This document shows, piece after piece, positions 29,432-40,210 of a DNA stretch of 64,000 nt. Location of the stretch: positions 401,450,001-401,514,000 of the forward strand of contig OZ024741.1 of assembly GCA_964016885.1 (NCBI GenBank). Direction: 5' to 3'. Under the pieces are notes generated by a model, which was not told the DNA's origin, did no database searches, and worked only from the letters and a program-made list of their open reading frames with translations. Positions within the stretch are counted from its first letter, which is position 1; each line of letters begins with the position of its first letter. The position numbers were made by a program, and so were the translations under genes. Source of the stretch: Eledone cirrhosa (lineage: Eukaryota).

Positions 29432-29903
29432 TAGGAGGGTTGACTGAAATGTTCATAGGTTGACTATGAAAGAATGATGTTAGAGCTGTGAAATCTTGCA
29501 TGCATTACTTTCAACTCTTCTTATTAATAACTGTATTGTTTCTTTCAAGTGACTATTTAGAAAAATAAACCTCATTTGGTCATTCCATGAGAGTATTTTG
29601 GTCAGCCTATGAAGGAGTGATACTAGAGCTGTGAAATTTTACACTCATTAATTTCAATTCTTCTTATTAATAACTGTATTGTTTCTTTCAAGGGTCTTTT
29701 TAGAAAAGTAAACCTCAGTTGGTCACATTCCATGAGAGTATCTTGGTCATATGCTAACTATGAAGGAGTGATGCTAGGGCTGTGAAATCTTACTCATTAA
29801 TTTCAATTCTTCCTATTAATAACTGTATTGTTTCTTTCGAGTGACTATTTAGAACAATAAATCTCATTTGGTCATTCCATGAGAGTATCTTGGTCAGCCT
29901 ATA
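29432..29903. repeat. Three ~145-150-bp tandem units derived from a mariner-type MITE end
   Basis: CTATGAAGGAGTGAT..AGAGCTGTGAAAT...GGTCAGC repeats at ~29463, 29607 and 29758. The start, TA-GGAGGGTTGACTGAAATGTTCATAGG, resembles a mariner TIR. Confidence 0.65.
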
Positions 29904-30337
29904 GAAGGCAATAAGGAGAAAATGGTGAAAGAAGCCCTACATACTCAATTACACACTGCAGTTTATTTATTTAGAGCTTTGTTAAAATTCCTACAGATTT
30001 CTTGGATTTAAAAAAATATTTCATAAACAAACTTATTTTATAAAAGACTGATAAATTTCAAAAAGCCGGTAGAACATGGCAGAAAAATACAAAGGGAAAA
30101 TGATGGCAAATAAAACAAAACAAAGGTATGTTTTAACCCAATGTATTTGTTGAAGGGAAAAACCCTGAACACCCCTGCGTAACCTAAAGTGGACTGGGTG
30201 AAATGTCTATAAATAATAACTGAAGGGAACTGTCCATAGACTATGTATACAGAGTCTCATTGTAGTGATCTCGTTGGTAGTTCAAAATTACATCTGGTGA
30301 ATACTTTGGTTTTACCTTTGTATAGATATACTAGTGA

Positions 30338-30460
30338 AGGCATGTGGCTGAGTGGTTAGAGAACTGGATTCGCAATCGTGAGGTTGTGAGTTTGATTAAT
30401 GGACCGGGCGATGTGTTATGCCCTTGAGCAAGGCCCTTTATTTCACGTTGTTCCTTCTAC
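30338..30460 (+). mobile_element. tRNA-headed SINE 5' fragment (related to the 39191 family)
   Basis: A-box-like TGGCTGAGTGG, degenerate B-box GAGTTTGATT and CCTTGAGCAAGG..TTTATTTCAC core. Confidence 0.65.
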
Positions 30461-30747
30461 CTGGAGTTGCAACCGATAGATAGTATTAGCAGCTGGAAAG
30501 ACCAACAGAAACATTGTTTCCTCGGTCCAATTTGATGAAAGTCGATCGAGAAAATAAATATACTAACACCCCATTATAACAGTATTCCAACATGATATTT
30601 CAGGGTTAATACCCTCTTTTCAAATGGTGAGCAGATACAGCTCAAAACACAACAAATGATCAATGTTTTTTCATAACTGGTTTACTTATTTTATCTTGTG
30701 TCTTGTTTAAATATCTAACATTTTGTTTTATTTTCTTTATCATTTAG

Positions 30748-30915
30748 ATCCAGGGATTGTGTGGAAACTTCAATTATGATATCAACGATGAGTTTTATGA
30801 ATCTTCTAGTCTGCTTCTTAATAAATATTACTTTGTCTCGGCATATAAAGAGGAACTCTGCTCTGAACCACAAAGGAAAGACATTGAATTACAACCATGT
30901 TCTGTATATTCATTT
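30748..30915 (+). CDS. Visible exon 2 (end of VWD, GLCGNFN motif)
   Basis: AG at 30746-47, GTAAG at 30916. 168 nt, phase 0-0. IQGLCGNFNYDINDEF...QPCSVYSF. Confidence 0.92.
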
Positions 30916-31432
30916 GTAAGTTTAATTGAACATCTTTGTGGTTTTTTTCAACAGCCAGACACAATCCAATCCAAACCCATCCTGGGCCTTCTCATCTCTG
31001 TTGGAGGACCCCCTCCTTAGTTGACCTCCACTGGTCTCTGTTTGGTTTTGATCATGTCTTCAGAGATGTAGCTGTGCATGACAACAGCAATAACAACAAC
31101 AAATACTACTGTCACCACCACCTCAACAACAACAAATTCCACTACCACTATCTCCACAAAAACAACCAGTATCTCTATTACATCCTCAACAACAACAACA
31201 GAAACAACCAAAATGACTATAATATAGTCATAACAACAACAACAACTATTAGCAACATCAATGACCACATTCTGGAATCAATGAGATATCCAATCCAATC
31301 CAGGACCTTCTCACTCCTGTTGGAGGAACCCCTCCCTGGTTGACTTCCACTACTTTCTGTTCGGTTTAGTGTCATCAGAGGTGTAGCTGTATTCACCATG
31401 CTTGCTCAGTGGTGGTTGGTTAGGCTATTAAA

Positions 31433-31639
31433 CCCTTTAACATTTCATTACTATATATATACTATTGTATTTTCGTGGTAAAGACTTTATTTCACATAAT
31501 ATCAAATCTATGAGATTTTGATATTATTTATTTTGAGAACAATACCTTGACATCAGTATGAGTAACTAGTTACAGTTGGTATGAATAGAAAGAGGTGAGA
31601 GAATTCTGGCTGGATATGGCTGGTTTGAATGCTAATGGG
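31433..31639 (-). mobile_element. piggyBac-like MITE
   Basis: CCCTTTAACATTT ... AATGCTAATGGG-TTAA. Reverse-oriented homolog of 35242-35546. Confidence 0.75.
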
Positions 31640-32451
31640 TTAACCTATAGTTGGTGTGGATGGCCGTTGTTGACGCTGAGAAGTTCATTTGGCTTTTTAA
31701 CAGCTCCAGTTTTTTGTGCTGCTTGGTATCCACTTACACCTTTCACCTGACCAGGGTTTGGTAGGGGAGCTGGTTTAGTCGCTGACCACTCCACCATGAA
31801 CCAGGTTGTACTGAGTTACATAGTACCAGTAGCGCAGTAGCAGGCAGAAGTCTAGCCTGACCAGAACAGGATCTAATGGAGGAGCTGGTTTAGTCACCAA
31901 CCATTTGACCAAGAAGCAGGTTGTACTGGGTTACATGGAACCAGTAGAGCAGGCAGAACCTTGACCAAATGAAATATTTCCACAAATATAGAAACCCATG
32001 CTAGTGTGGAAGATAGACGTTAAACGATGATGATGATGATAGATGCTTTTCCCTAACGCTACACAGATGTATGTCTCTTATACCACAACACACCTTTCTC
32101 CTAACACAACACACCTGTTCTCTTACACTACACAGATATATGTCTGTTATACCACAACATACCTTTTCCCTTACACTACACAGATGTATGACCAATACAC
32201 TGCATCTTTCTAGTGAATTATATAATCTTTGTGAAAACAGATCTCATGGAACAGAATCTACAACAGAAATGACAAACATGATGATACATGGTTCACAGTG
32301 TTGGAAAAGACCTATTCACCATGGCAAGCCAAACACCCTATACATTCATGTTAAGTCCCTAGTGCTCTCTTAATCTGCTGTTCTGCTGCACAACCCCCTT
32401 AACCTTTCAACTATCCTATCTGATATATTTCACTCTCACCCTTTCATCCTC

Positions 32452-32660
32452 TCATAACTGGACAGATTTTACGGGCAAAACCAGCCGGCAGGAGAACCAG
32501 AGGTAGACCTTGAGCAAGCTGGTTGAATAATCTCCACGAGCTTGGCTGGTCTTGCTTGGGGATACAGCCGAATCAGTTGGAGATAGTTGCTTCTGACAGG
32601 ACCCAATGGGAGGAGTGTGTGAGGACTCTGCACTCATGACACTCTCAGGAATAAGTAAGC
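32452..32660 (+). mobile_element. 3' fragment of a second RTE-like LINE family
   Basis: Homologous to ~52310-52520. Encodes QILRAKPAGRRTRGRP. Confidence 0.6.
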
Positions 32661-32760
32661 GAAGAAGAAAAGACCCTCTCCTCAAAATCTCTCTCAGCCA
32701 TTTCTTTTCAAACTCTCTGTCCATCCTTCCACTTCTGTATTCTTTGCTCATTGCTATCCA

Positions 32761-33128
32761 AATAATTGTTTCTACTTTTGGCACAAGGCCAGCAATTCTC
32801 CCAGTGTATTACTGGTAGTTTATTTTATCGACCCCGTAAGGATGAATGGCAAAGTTAACCTCGACGGGATTTGAACTCAGACCATAAAGGGCCTTACCAC
32901 TTTGCTATAAAGCATGGCGTCAGACCCTCTACCGATACTGCCAATCCACCACCATATTTGCTATCCAAATAATGGTTTCTGTTATAGGCACAAGGCCAAC
33001 AATTCGAAGGGGGGGGTCAATTAAATCAACCCTAGTGCATGACTGGTACTTTATTTTATCAACCCCATAAGAATGAAAGGCAAAACTAACCTCGGCGGGA
33101 TTTGAACTACTGTCAATCTTCCACCCTC
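32761..33128 (-). mobile_element. Two tandem tRNA-derived SINEs (Nin-domain-like)
   Basis: On minus: A box TGGCAGTATCGG, B box GAGTTCAAATCC and core GCC(A/T)TTCATCCTTACGGGGTCGATAAAATAAA. Confidence 0.85.
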
Positions 33129-33186
33129 ATTGTTGCCCAAATAAGGGAAGAAATTATTGTTTGTTTGTTTTTTTGTTTTTTTTCAG

Positions 33187-33418
33187 AATACAAAACAAAA
33201 AGATGAAAATTGTGCCATATTTGAAGACAGTGAATTGTTGGGTTCCTGTTATGATGTAGTTCCTTATGAACATTACTTTGATCTGTGTCAGAAAGAGATG
33301 TGTGCTAGTACTCACAATAGCAATGCTGCCATGTGTATGATACTTGAAACTTACCTGAGAGAATGTGCACTCCATGGTACTCATATTAAATTGAATAATG
33401 ATATTACCCAGAAATGTT
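33187..33418 (+). CDS. Visible exon 3 (C8 domain)
   Basis: AG at 33185-86, GTAAG at 33419. 232 nt, phase 0-1. CAIFEDSELLGSCYDVVPYEHYFDLCQKEMC...CMILETYLRECALHG. Confidence 0.93.
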
Positions 33419-33603
33419 GTAAGTACATCATTGCCTTCAATATGGTTTTATTATTTGCCAGAATGTCTAAATAATTATAACAATAATTCTTCTCGGATAT
33501 TTAAATGGAATAACTAAATATTGATTCGTTTTTTAATGCCTACATTTTCAAATGGAAATCTTTTTTTTATTCCTCTCTCCCTCTTTTACACATTTAAATA
33601 TAT

Positions 33604-33790
33604 ATAATTGTTTCTACTTTTGGTACAAGGCCAGCAATTATCCCAGTGCATTACTAGTACTTTATTTTATCGACCTCGTAAGGATGAAAGTCAAAGTTAA
33701 CCTCGGCAGGATTTGACCATAAAGGGCCGTAATTCTAAACTGCAAAGCATGGCGTCCGACCCTCTACCGATACTGCCAATCCACCGCCCT
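33604..33790 (-). mobile_element. tRNA-derived SINE (Nin-domain-like)
   Basis: Same family as 32761-32953. Confidence 0.85.
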
Positions 33791-33955
33791 ATATATTTAA
33801 ATATATATAATGAATATGAAATATTGAAAAGAAACAAATTAATAGAAATCAATCGGTTTTGTATTTATTTTTTTTGCAGAATTCCTGATGTGAAACATAT
33901 TGTTATACAGGGTGGGGTGGGTGAAGAAACTCTCTATTGGACATTATTTATGTAT

Positions 33956-34150
33956 AGGGCGGTGGATTGGCAGTATCAGTAGAGGGTTGGACGCCATGCT
34001 TTCCAGCATAGAGTTACATCTCTTTACAGTCTGAGTTCAAATCCCGTCGAGGTTAACTTTGCCTTTCATCCTTATGGGGTCGATAAAATAAAGTACCAGT
34101 AATGTACTGGGATAATTGCTGGCCTTGTGCCAAAAGTAGAAACAATTATT
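33956..34150 (+). mobile_element. tRNA-derived SINE (Nin-domain-like), full length
   Basis: TGGCAGTATCAG A box, GAGTTCAAATCC B box, GCCTTTCATCCTTATGGGGTCGATAAAATAAAGTACCAG core and AATTATT tail. Confidence 0.88.
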
Positions 34151-34208
34151 TATAACTTTTGGTCAATTATGACCACTTGGGACACCATCATTTTGCACAC
34201 ACTGTCCA

Positions 34209-34465
34209 TGAATGGCTTGATGTCCAATGTCCAGTATGTTGACTGGGTCATTGAGGTCCACCTGAATGGCTTGATGTCCAATGTCCAGTATGTTGACTGG
34301 GTCATTGAGGTCCACCTGAATGGCTTGATGTCCAATGTCCAGTATGTTGACTGGGTCATTGAGGTCCACCTGAATGGCTTGATGTCCAATGTCCAGTATG
34401 TTGACTGGGTCATTGATGTCCAATGTCCAGTATGTTGACTGGGTCATTGAGGTCCACCTGAATGA
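34209..34465. repeat. 54-bp tandem repeat, ~4.7 copies
   Basis: TGAATGGCTTGATGTCCAATGTCCAGTATGTTGACTGGGTCATTGAGGTCCACC at 34209, 34263, 34317 and 34371. Confidence 0.95.
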
Positions 34466-34967
34466 GCAGCAATAAACTCTGCATTAACACCATGTGATTT
34501 TTTTCTGTGGGAGATCGGCAAAGGAAGAAATTTATAGCTAAGAAACCCAAAACTGTCTCAATTGGAAGAACACATTCATCATATATTGACCAACATACCA
34601 CCTGAGTTCCTGATGAAGTTAGTCAAGGATATACCCAGACAATTAAAAACATTGGTGGACTGTGATGGTGCCTATGTAGAATGTTAACACTATACTGTAC
34701 TTCTACCATTGTACTGTTCAAAATAAAACAGGTTTTATGGAAAACAACCAATAATTAATAGTTATTAACAATTTTAAATAGGGAGTTTCTTTCCACCTAC
34801 CCTGTACTTTGGGAGGGTCATGCTAGATGTGTTTTTATTAGTAGCATGGCCCTCCCATAAACATTAATGTACCCTATTTAATGTAAGGAGTTTAAAATTC
34901 TACTTGGTATTGTCACATTTTATTTCTTTTTATGTTAGAATAAAGTAAAACTTTTCATCTATTCCAG

Positions 34968-35220
34968 CTTTTTCATGTCCACATGAAGAAAATAAAGAAT
35001 ATAGTCTATGTGCCTCATCTTGTAAATCAACCTGCTACAGTTTGGGGCCTAAATCAGATGAATGTGAAGATGATTGTATACCAGGTTGTGTATGCAGGGC
35101 AGGTACTTATCTTAATAGTGATGGAGAATGTGTATCTATGGAAAATTGTGACTGTATTGATACATCAAGTGGTAAAACCTATGCTGCTGGATTTGTCTTT
35201 GTTAGTTCATGTGGAAAATG
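34968..35220 (+). CDS. Visible exon 4 (TIL domain plus start of E module)
   Basis: AG at 34966-67, GTAAG at 35221. 253 nt, phase 1-2. CPHEENKEYSLCASSCKSTC...CIPGCVCRAGTYLNSDGECVSMENCDC. Confidence 0.95.
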
Positions 35221-35241
35221 GTAAGTATATATTATGATTAG

Positions 35242-35546
35242 CCCTTTAGCATTTAAACCGGCTGTCACCGGCCAGAATTCTCTTACCTCTTTCTGTTCAA
35301 ACCAGCTGTAACTCACCATAACCAGCTGCTCTTACTGAAATTAAGGTATTGTTCTCAAAATAAATAATATCAAAATCTCATGGATTCGATATTATGTGAG
35401 ATAATTATGTGAGGTAAACCCTTTACCTTAAAAATACAATAGTATATATAGAGTAATGTAAATTTTATGTGAGATATTATGTGAGGTAAAGCCTTTTTAC
35501 CTTGAAAATACAATAGTAAATATAAAGTATTGTAAATGTTAAAGGG
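35242..35546 (+). mobile_element. piggyBac-like MITE
   Basis: TTAG-CCCTTTAGCATTT ... AAATGTTAAAGGG-TTAA. Confidence 0.82.
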
Positions 35547-36014
35547 TTAAAGTCAAATATTTCATATTGATATTTTAAAATTTGTATTCTAAAATTCTGA
35601 TCATCTGGTTCTTCCAGCTTCACGACAATGGGCCACAATGCTCTTCCATCTTTCTCTGTCTCAGGCAAGGGATGGTGCATGAAACCAGTTTGTGCCACTC
35701 TATCAAGTAACGTTACTCCAAAGATCCTTTGGAGGAATCCAATCACACATCCATCGAAGCAAGCTTGCTTCATTTTTATTCAGCTTTGGCATATCCTCTA
35801 CATTTACTGGCCATGTATTACAATCATGCAACAATATTATAACTAGGACTACGATGTAGAATAATTAAAAAATACAATGTACAAACTTTATACCCTTCAA
35901 TTGATATTCGTAGTTTAAACCCATTTATTTCTTTTTTAAATGTCTGCCCAAATTGAGGTGATTCTTATAAGCCCATACATCTTATAAACCATCAAATATG
36001 GTGTGTATATATAA

Positions 36015-36135
36015 ATGAAAAATTCAGGACCCCTGTCGGCTGAGCTCTGGCCATTTCAACAACTAGATCTGAACTGTTCGGATCTAGCTGTTGAAATGGC
36101 CAGAGCTCAGCTGTCGGGGGTCCTAAATTTTTCAT
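36015..36135. repeat. ~120-bp near-perfect palindrome
   Basis: ATGAAAAATTCAGGACCCC..GCTGAGCTCTGGCCATTTCAACAACTAGATCTGAAC-T-GTTCGGATCTAGCTGTTGAAATGGCCAGAGCTCAGC..GGGGTCCTAAATTTTTCAT. Confidence 0.93.
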
Positions 36136-36506
36136 ATTACCCACTCTACTACCCCAAGTATTGAGTACTCTGGTGAGTAATGGTCTAACTGGTTTTTATC
36201 ACCTCCATTCTGATATATATATATATATATATTGTTATACTTGGGGAGGGTCATATTGTTGTAATAATACTGCCAGAAATAATAACAGAACACACTCACT
36301 GTTTGGTTGGTTTTCGTTTCTGTATCTTTTATATCTCAATAGTTAATTTATTTGGCAATCAATGTTTATCATTGATTGACGAACGGTTAAAAATACAGAT
36401 ATAAATATATATATATAGTCTATCAAAGTTCTTTCATTGCACATCTGTAACATCATCAGTGGTACTATTATGTTCCCTCCTACTGTATTGTAATGTAATA
36501 TATATA

Positions 36507-37231
36507 GGGTGTCAGGGAGGGGCATGTACCCCTGTAGGGGGGCTAGCCATGACCTTTTCAGGACAACTCGTCCTGCCTTGGGTCCCACCTGACACTCAGC
36601 TCTCACCTGTGGCCCCAAGAAGCTGTAGTATGCAACAGCGGCCACACCCCAGTAAACCGCCTTGGCTGGCGGGCCGAACCAAGTTGAGGGTAGCCGGATG
36701 GGTCTGAAACCCCCCAGTGATTAGATAGGGGATGCCTGCCCCTGCATGCGAAGACTGGACTCGGCGGAGTGAGTGGAAGAGGACAACATCGTCCCAACAG
36801 TCACAAAGGAGGCGACAGCAAGCGGTGTGGAGCCCTAAGGCACGGCAAGGCACTACAGATGTCGTGGCCATCCACTGCAGCCAAGGAAGTCCCTGGTCGT
36901 GACAGTCCTCCATACCACCGGATTCTGGCTTCTGCGGCCGAGTGAGTGGGACCATCACTGTGCACTGGCCCTCCCACTATAAACTTTTCCCACACAGGTT
37001 CCTTCTTTAGCGTGCACTCCCAAAGCCCTGCACCAATGGGCAAGAGGTGGAGGTAACAGGTGGAGGTAACCTCTGGGAGTTGCCAGTCTGACTCTGGTCT
37101 CTTCCCCTGTCCCCACTGTCCCCGGACTTGTAAGTCAAGGATCGGCCTCCACAGCCACCTTCGTGCCCACGGCAGACGGGAACAACAATAAAGAAGATGT
37201 CATCATCGTTTACGATGGACAACCAAGAAAG
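36507..37231. mobile_element. GC-rich non-coding insert, probably a non-autonomous retroelement
   Basis: Sharp GC increase bounded by TATATATA on both sides. No coherent protein. Family not identified. Confidence 0.5.
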
Positions 37232-37326
37232 ATATATATTGATTTATTTATTATAGATAATAATTTTGTATATTTGTGTTTTTAAAGTTATTTCATAATG
37301 AAATACTATCTTCTGGTTTTTATTAG

Positions 37327-37522
37327 CAAATGTCTCAATGGTAATTTGGAATGTTCTAAAGAAAAATGTAAAGAGGAAGTTATTTGCCCCAAAAACCAAA
37401 TATATCATGAAAATGTAACGTGTGTAGATACATGTTCCACATTGATACACCAAGGAAAATGTACTTCAACATTACCTCATCAAGGTTGTACTTGTAAAGC
37501 TGGATATTTTGTTGGGCCTGAT
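37327..37522 (+). CDS. Visible exon 5 (end of E2 plus TIL')
   Basis: AG at 37325-26, GTGAG at 37523. 196 nt, phase 2-0. KCLNGNLECSKEKC..CPKNQIY..CVDTC..GCTCKAGYFVGPD. Confidence 0.93.
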
Positions 37523-37656
37523 GTGAGTAGACTAAACTTTTTCTTCTCTTCTTCTTCTTCAACTCCTCCTTCTCCTTCCTCTCCTCCTCCTCCTTCTTCT
37601 AAAACCATCCCTATATGATAACACCATCAATAAAACTGGGCTTCTCTCTATTTTAG

Positions 37657-37748
37657 GGAACTTGTGTTGAACCATCCCTATGTCCTTGTCGATATGACCA
37701 ACATTGGAAGCCATCAGGATCAAGTATAAAAATTGGCTGCAAAAAATT
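37657..37748 (+). CDS. Visible exon 6 (end of TIL', E')
   Basis: AG at 37655-56, GTATG at 37749. 92 nt, phase 0-2. GTCVEPSLCPCRYDQHWKPSGSSIKIGCKK. Confidence 0.92.
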
Positions 37749-37974
37749 GTATGTTTCTATAGAAATGTTCTTTCTTTTGTGAATATTTTCCACATTCTAC
37801 ATAGTGTTAGAAATAAAGCCCTTCAGAAGTTACACAACCATACATGTATTTCCCAGGTTATATTATAGAAACATAGCTTTTCAAACAGAGATGTTAAAAC
37901 TGTTTTTTATATATTGAATGTTTACTAAAAATACATTCATATGTGACAAAACACCTGCTATCCCTCACCTATTT

Positions 37975-38620
37975 TCATACACCCAGTGGGCTCGTCAGTC
38001 AAGTTAATGTCTGACAATCTCCCTGCTGTTGGTGCCATATTTAAAATGCACCCAATAAACTCTGTAAAGTGGTTGGTGTTAGGAAGGGCATCCAGCCATA
38101 GAAACCATGCCAAAAGGGTTGAGAACTTTTTCATTCATGTCATGAAGATAACTTGCACCCAGTACACTCTGTAAAGTGGTAGCATTAGGAAGGACATCTA
38201 GCTATAGAAAATTTTCCAGGCATTCAAAGGACCATTTAGTTGTGTCAAGGGCCTGACAACCTCCCAAGTACTGGTGTCATGATAAAACGTGCACCTAGTG
38301 AACTCTGTAAAGGGGTTGACATTAGGAAGGGCCTCATCTGTAGTAACCGTGCCAAATAACATATTGAGATAATACCTCAGTTGTTTTAAGGACTTGACAT
38401 CTTCTTTTGTACAAGTGCCATGATAAAATGCACCTAGTACACTCTGTAAAGTGCTGGGATATATACAAGCAAGACATGGATTTCTGGTTTGTCAGAGAGG
38501 ACAGTATCTCCAACAAAGTACTGTTTTGGTCCATAACACATCTAACCTATACCAGCATGGAAAAGAAGACTTTATACAATGATGATAGAGATGTTGCTAC
38601 TGATGATGATGATGATGATG
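37975..38620 (+). mobile_element. Degenerate tandem copies of RTE/SINE 3'-tail sequence ending in (GAT)n
   Basis: GCACCCAGTACACTCTGTAAAGTGG..TTAGGAAGGGCATCCAGC recurs at ~38050, 38155, 38290 and 38430. Confidence 0.65.
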
Positions 38621-38716
38621 TCTTAGCGATATATTCAATTAATGTTGGCTTTCTATGAAAAATATATTATTTCATCATCATCATCATCATATTAATAGTT
38701 AGAAATGTTTTTACAG

Positions 38717-38766
38717 ATACTGCAGTGGTGGAATATGGCAAAATAAGAAAATTAAAGGCTGTCCAG
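38717..38766 (+). CDS. Visible exon 7 (end of E')
   Basis: AG at 38715-16, GT at 38767. 50 nt, phase 2-1. YCSGGIWQNKKIKGCP supplies exactly the phases needed to join exons 6 and 8. Confidence 0.85.
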
Positions 38767-39190
38767 GTATATTATAATTATTGTTGTCATTGTTGTTGTT
38801 ATTGTTGTTGTCATTGTTGTTTTTGTTGTTGTTATTGTTGTTGTCATTGTTTTTATTGTTGTTATTGTTGTTGTCACTGTCATCATCATCATTATCATCA
38901 TCATTATCATTTCTAAAAATACAATTATTTATTTACCTACTGGCTTAAAATAATGGAAAAAATGTCATCCCACTTTGGTGTAATTGGTAACACAACTATC
39001 CAGCATATTAGCAGGTGTGTGTTTGAGTCCCACAAATTACACTGCTCCCATTTATCCATCTCTAGGGGTTTATATGTGCAACTTGTGAAACTATTTTCAT
39101 AGTCAGAAACCTGTGTTGAAACCATCATACATTCCAAATTCATAATTCATTCAACCCTTCTAAAAGTAAGATTATATATATATATATATA

Positions 39191-39529
39191 TCATCATTTC
39201 ATCATCATTTCATTTTACGTCCACTTTTCCCTGCTTGCAAGGGTGGGACGGGAACTGATGCTGGCTTGATTTCTACAGCTGGATGCCCTTCCTAACACCA
39301 ACCTCATTTACAGTGAGTGCTGGGTGCTTTTTTACCATGGCACCTCCACGTCCACTTTGCAGTGGAATGATAGGGACTGGGATCCCTATCTCATTTCTAC
39401 AGCTGAGTAAACTGGAGCAATGTGAAATAAAGTGTCTTGCTCAAGGAAACAACACATCGCCCGGTCTGAGAATTGAACTCACAACCTTTCGATTGCAAGG
39501 CCAATGCTCTAACCACTAAGCCATGTGCC

Positions 39530-39532
<3 letters not shown>
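39191..39532 (-). mobile_element. tRNA-derived SINE with Meta/CORE-like body and RTE-type 3' tail
   Basis: On minus: TGGCTTAGTGG A box, GAGTTCAATTC B box, CCTTGAGCAAGACACTTTATTTCAC core and TTAGGAAGGGCATCCAGCTGTAGAAA...(TGA)n tail shared with the RTE. Confidence 0.87.
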
Positions 39533-39614
<82 letters not shown>

Positions 39615-39647
39615 TGTATGTATGTATGTATTTGTGTATATATATTA

Positions 39648-40099
39648 ATTTATTAAAATAACAGATTAAAGTTTAATTAAACTAACAAAGTCAATCTGTA
39701 AACGCAGAAGTGGATATTTCAAAAAACGTTGCAACCGGGGGAAGACAGGAAGACGATACTTTGGTTCGTGGAAACGTTCCCTGGCAAAGAACGGGGGAAA
39801 AAAGGAATATAATACGTCATTAATAGGAGCGGTGAAAAACAATTACGCGCAAAGACAGAACCACGTTTATGGTATAAAAGAAGTCCTATTAATGACGTAT
39901 TATATTCGTTTTTTTCCGTTCTTTGCCAGGGAACGTTTCCACGAACCAAAGTATCGTCTTCCTGTCTTCCTCTGGTTGCAACGTTTTTTGAAATATCCAC
40001 TTCTGCATTTACAGATTGACTTTGTTAGTTTCAGAGGATCCCGTTAAGGGTGAAAGCAGCGATTCTTTGCTTAAACTTTAATCTGTTATTTTAATAAAT
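39648..40099. repeat. Long inverted repeat (Penelope-like remnant)
   Basis: Arms 39648-39828 and 39884-40099 are reverse complements except for a ~38-nt hammerhead core present only in the right arm. Confidence 0.9.
40027..40077 (+). ncRNA. Type I hammerhead ribozyme motif, core mutated
   Basis: AGTTT-CAGAGGA-TCCC gttaa GGGT-GAAA-GCAG cgattct TTGC-TT-AAACT. All three stems pair, but CUGANGA reads CAGAGGA. Confidence 0.65.
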
Positions 40100-40210
40100 A
40101 TTTGCTCTACGGTTCTTATATATTTGATATATATTTATCCTTATCGAGCCCTCTTTGGATTTTAGTCTTCAAATTTATTATTATTACTGTATATATATAT
40201 ATATATATAT

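Larger units (their letters stand above)
33908..34804 (+). mobile_element. Decayed Tc1/mariner-superfamily element with nested SINE and internal tandem repeat
   Basis: TA-CAGGGTGGGGTGG..AAGAAACTCTCTATT pairs with AATAGGGAGTTTCTTTCCACCTACCCTG-TA. Transposase remnants LTPCDFFLW and IPPEFLMKLVKDIPRQLKTLVDCDGAYVE. Confidence 0.8.

Noticed and set aside
30936-31399. Thr/Asn/His-rich ORFs as a mucin PTS exon
   Set aside because: This is a degenerate (AAC/CAC)n microsatellite between two duplicated LINE-like fragments. Exons 2 and 3 already join in frame.
33956-34060. tRNA genes (also 30338, 39450-39532, 54144)
   Set aside because: The A/B boxes belong to multi-copy SINE heads. No complete cloverleaf was seen.
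34611-34640. CTGATGA as a hammerhead core
   Set aside because: No stem II/GAAA follows. It is transposase coding sequence (FLMK).
38725-38916. Cys/His-rich metallothionein-like ORF
   Set aside because: Translation of (TTG)n/(CAT)n microsatellite just after exon 7.
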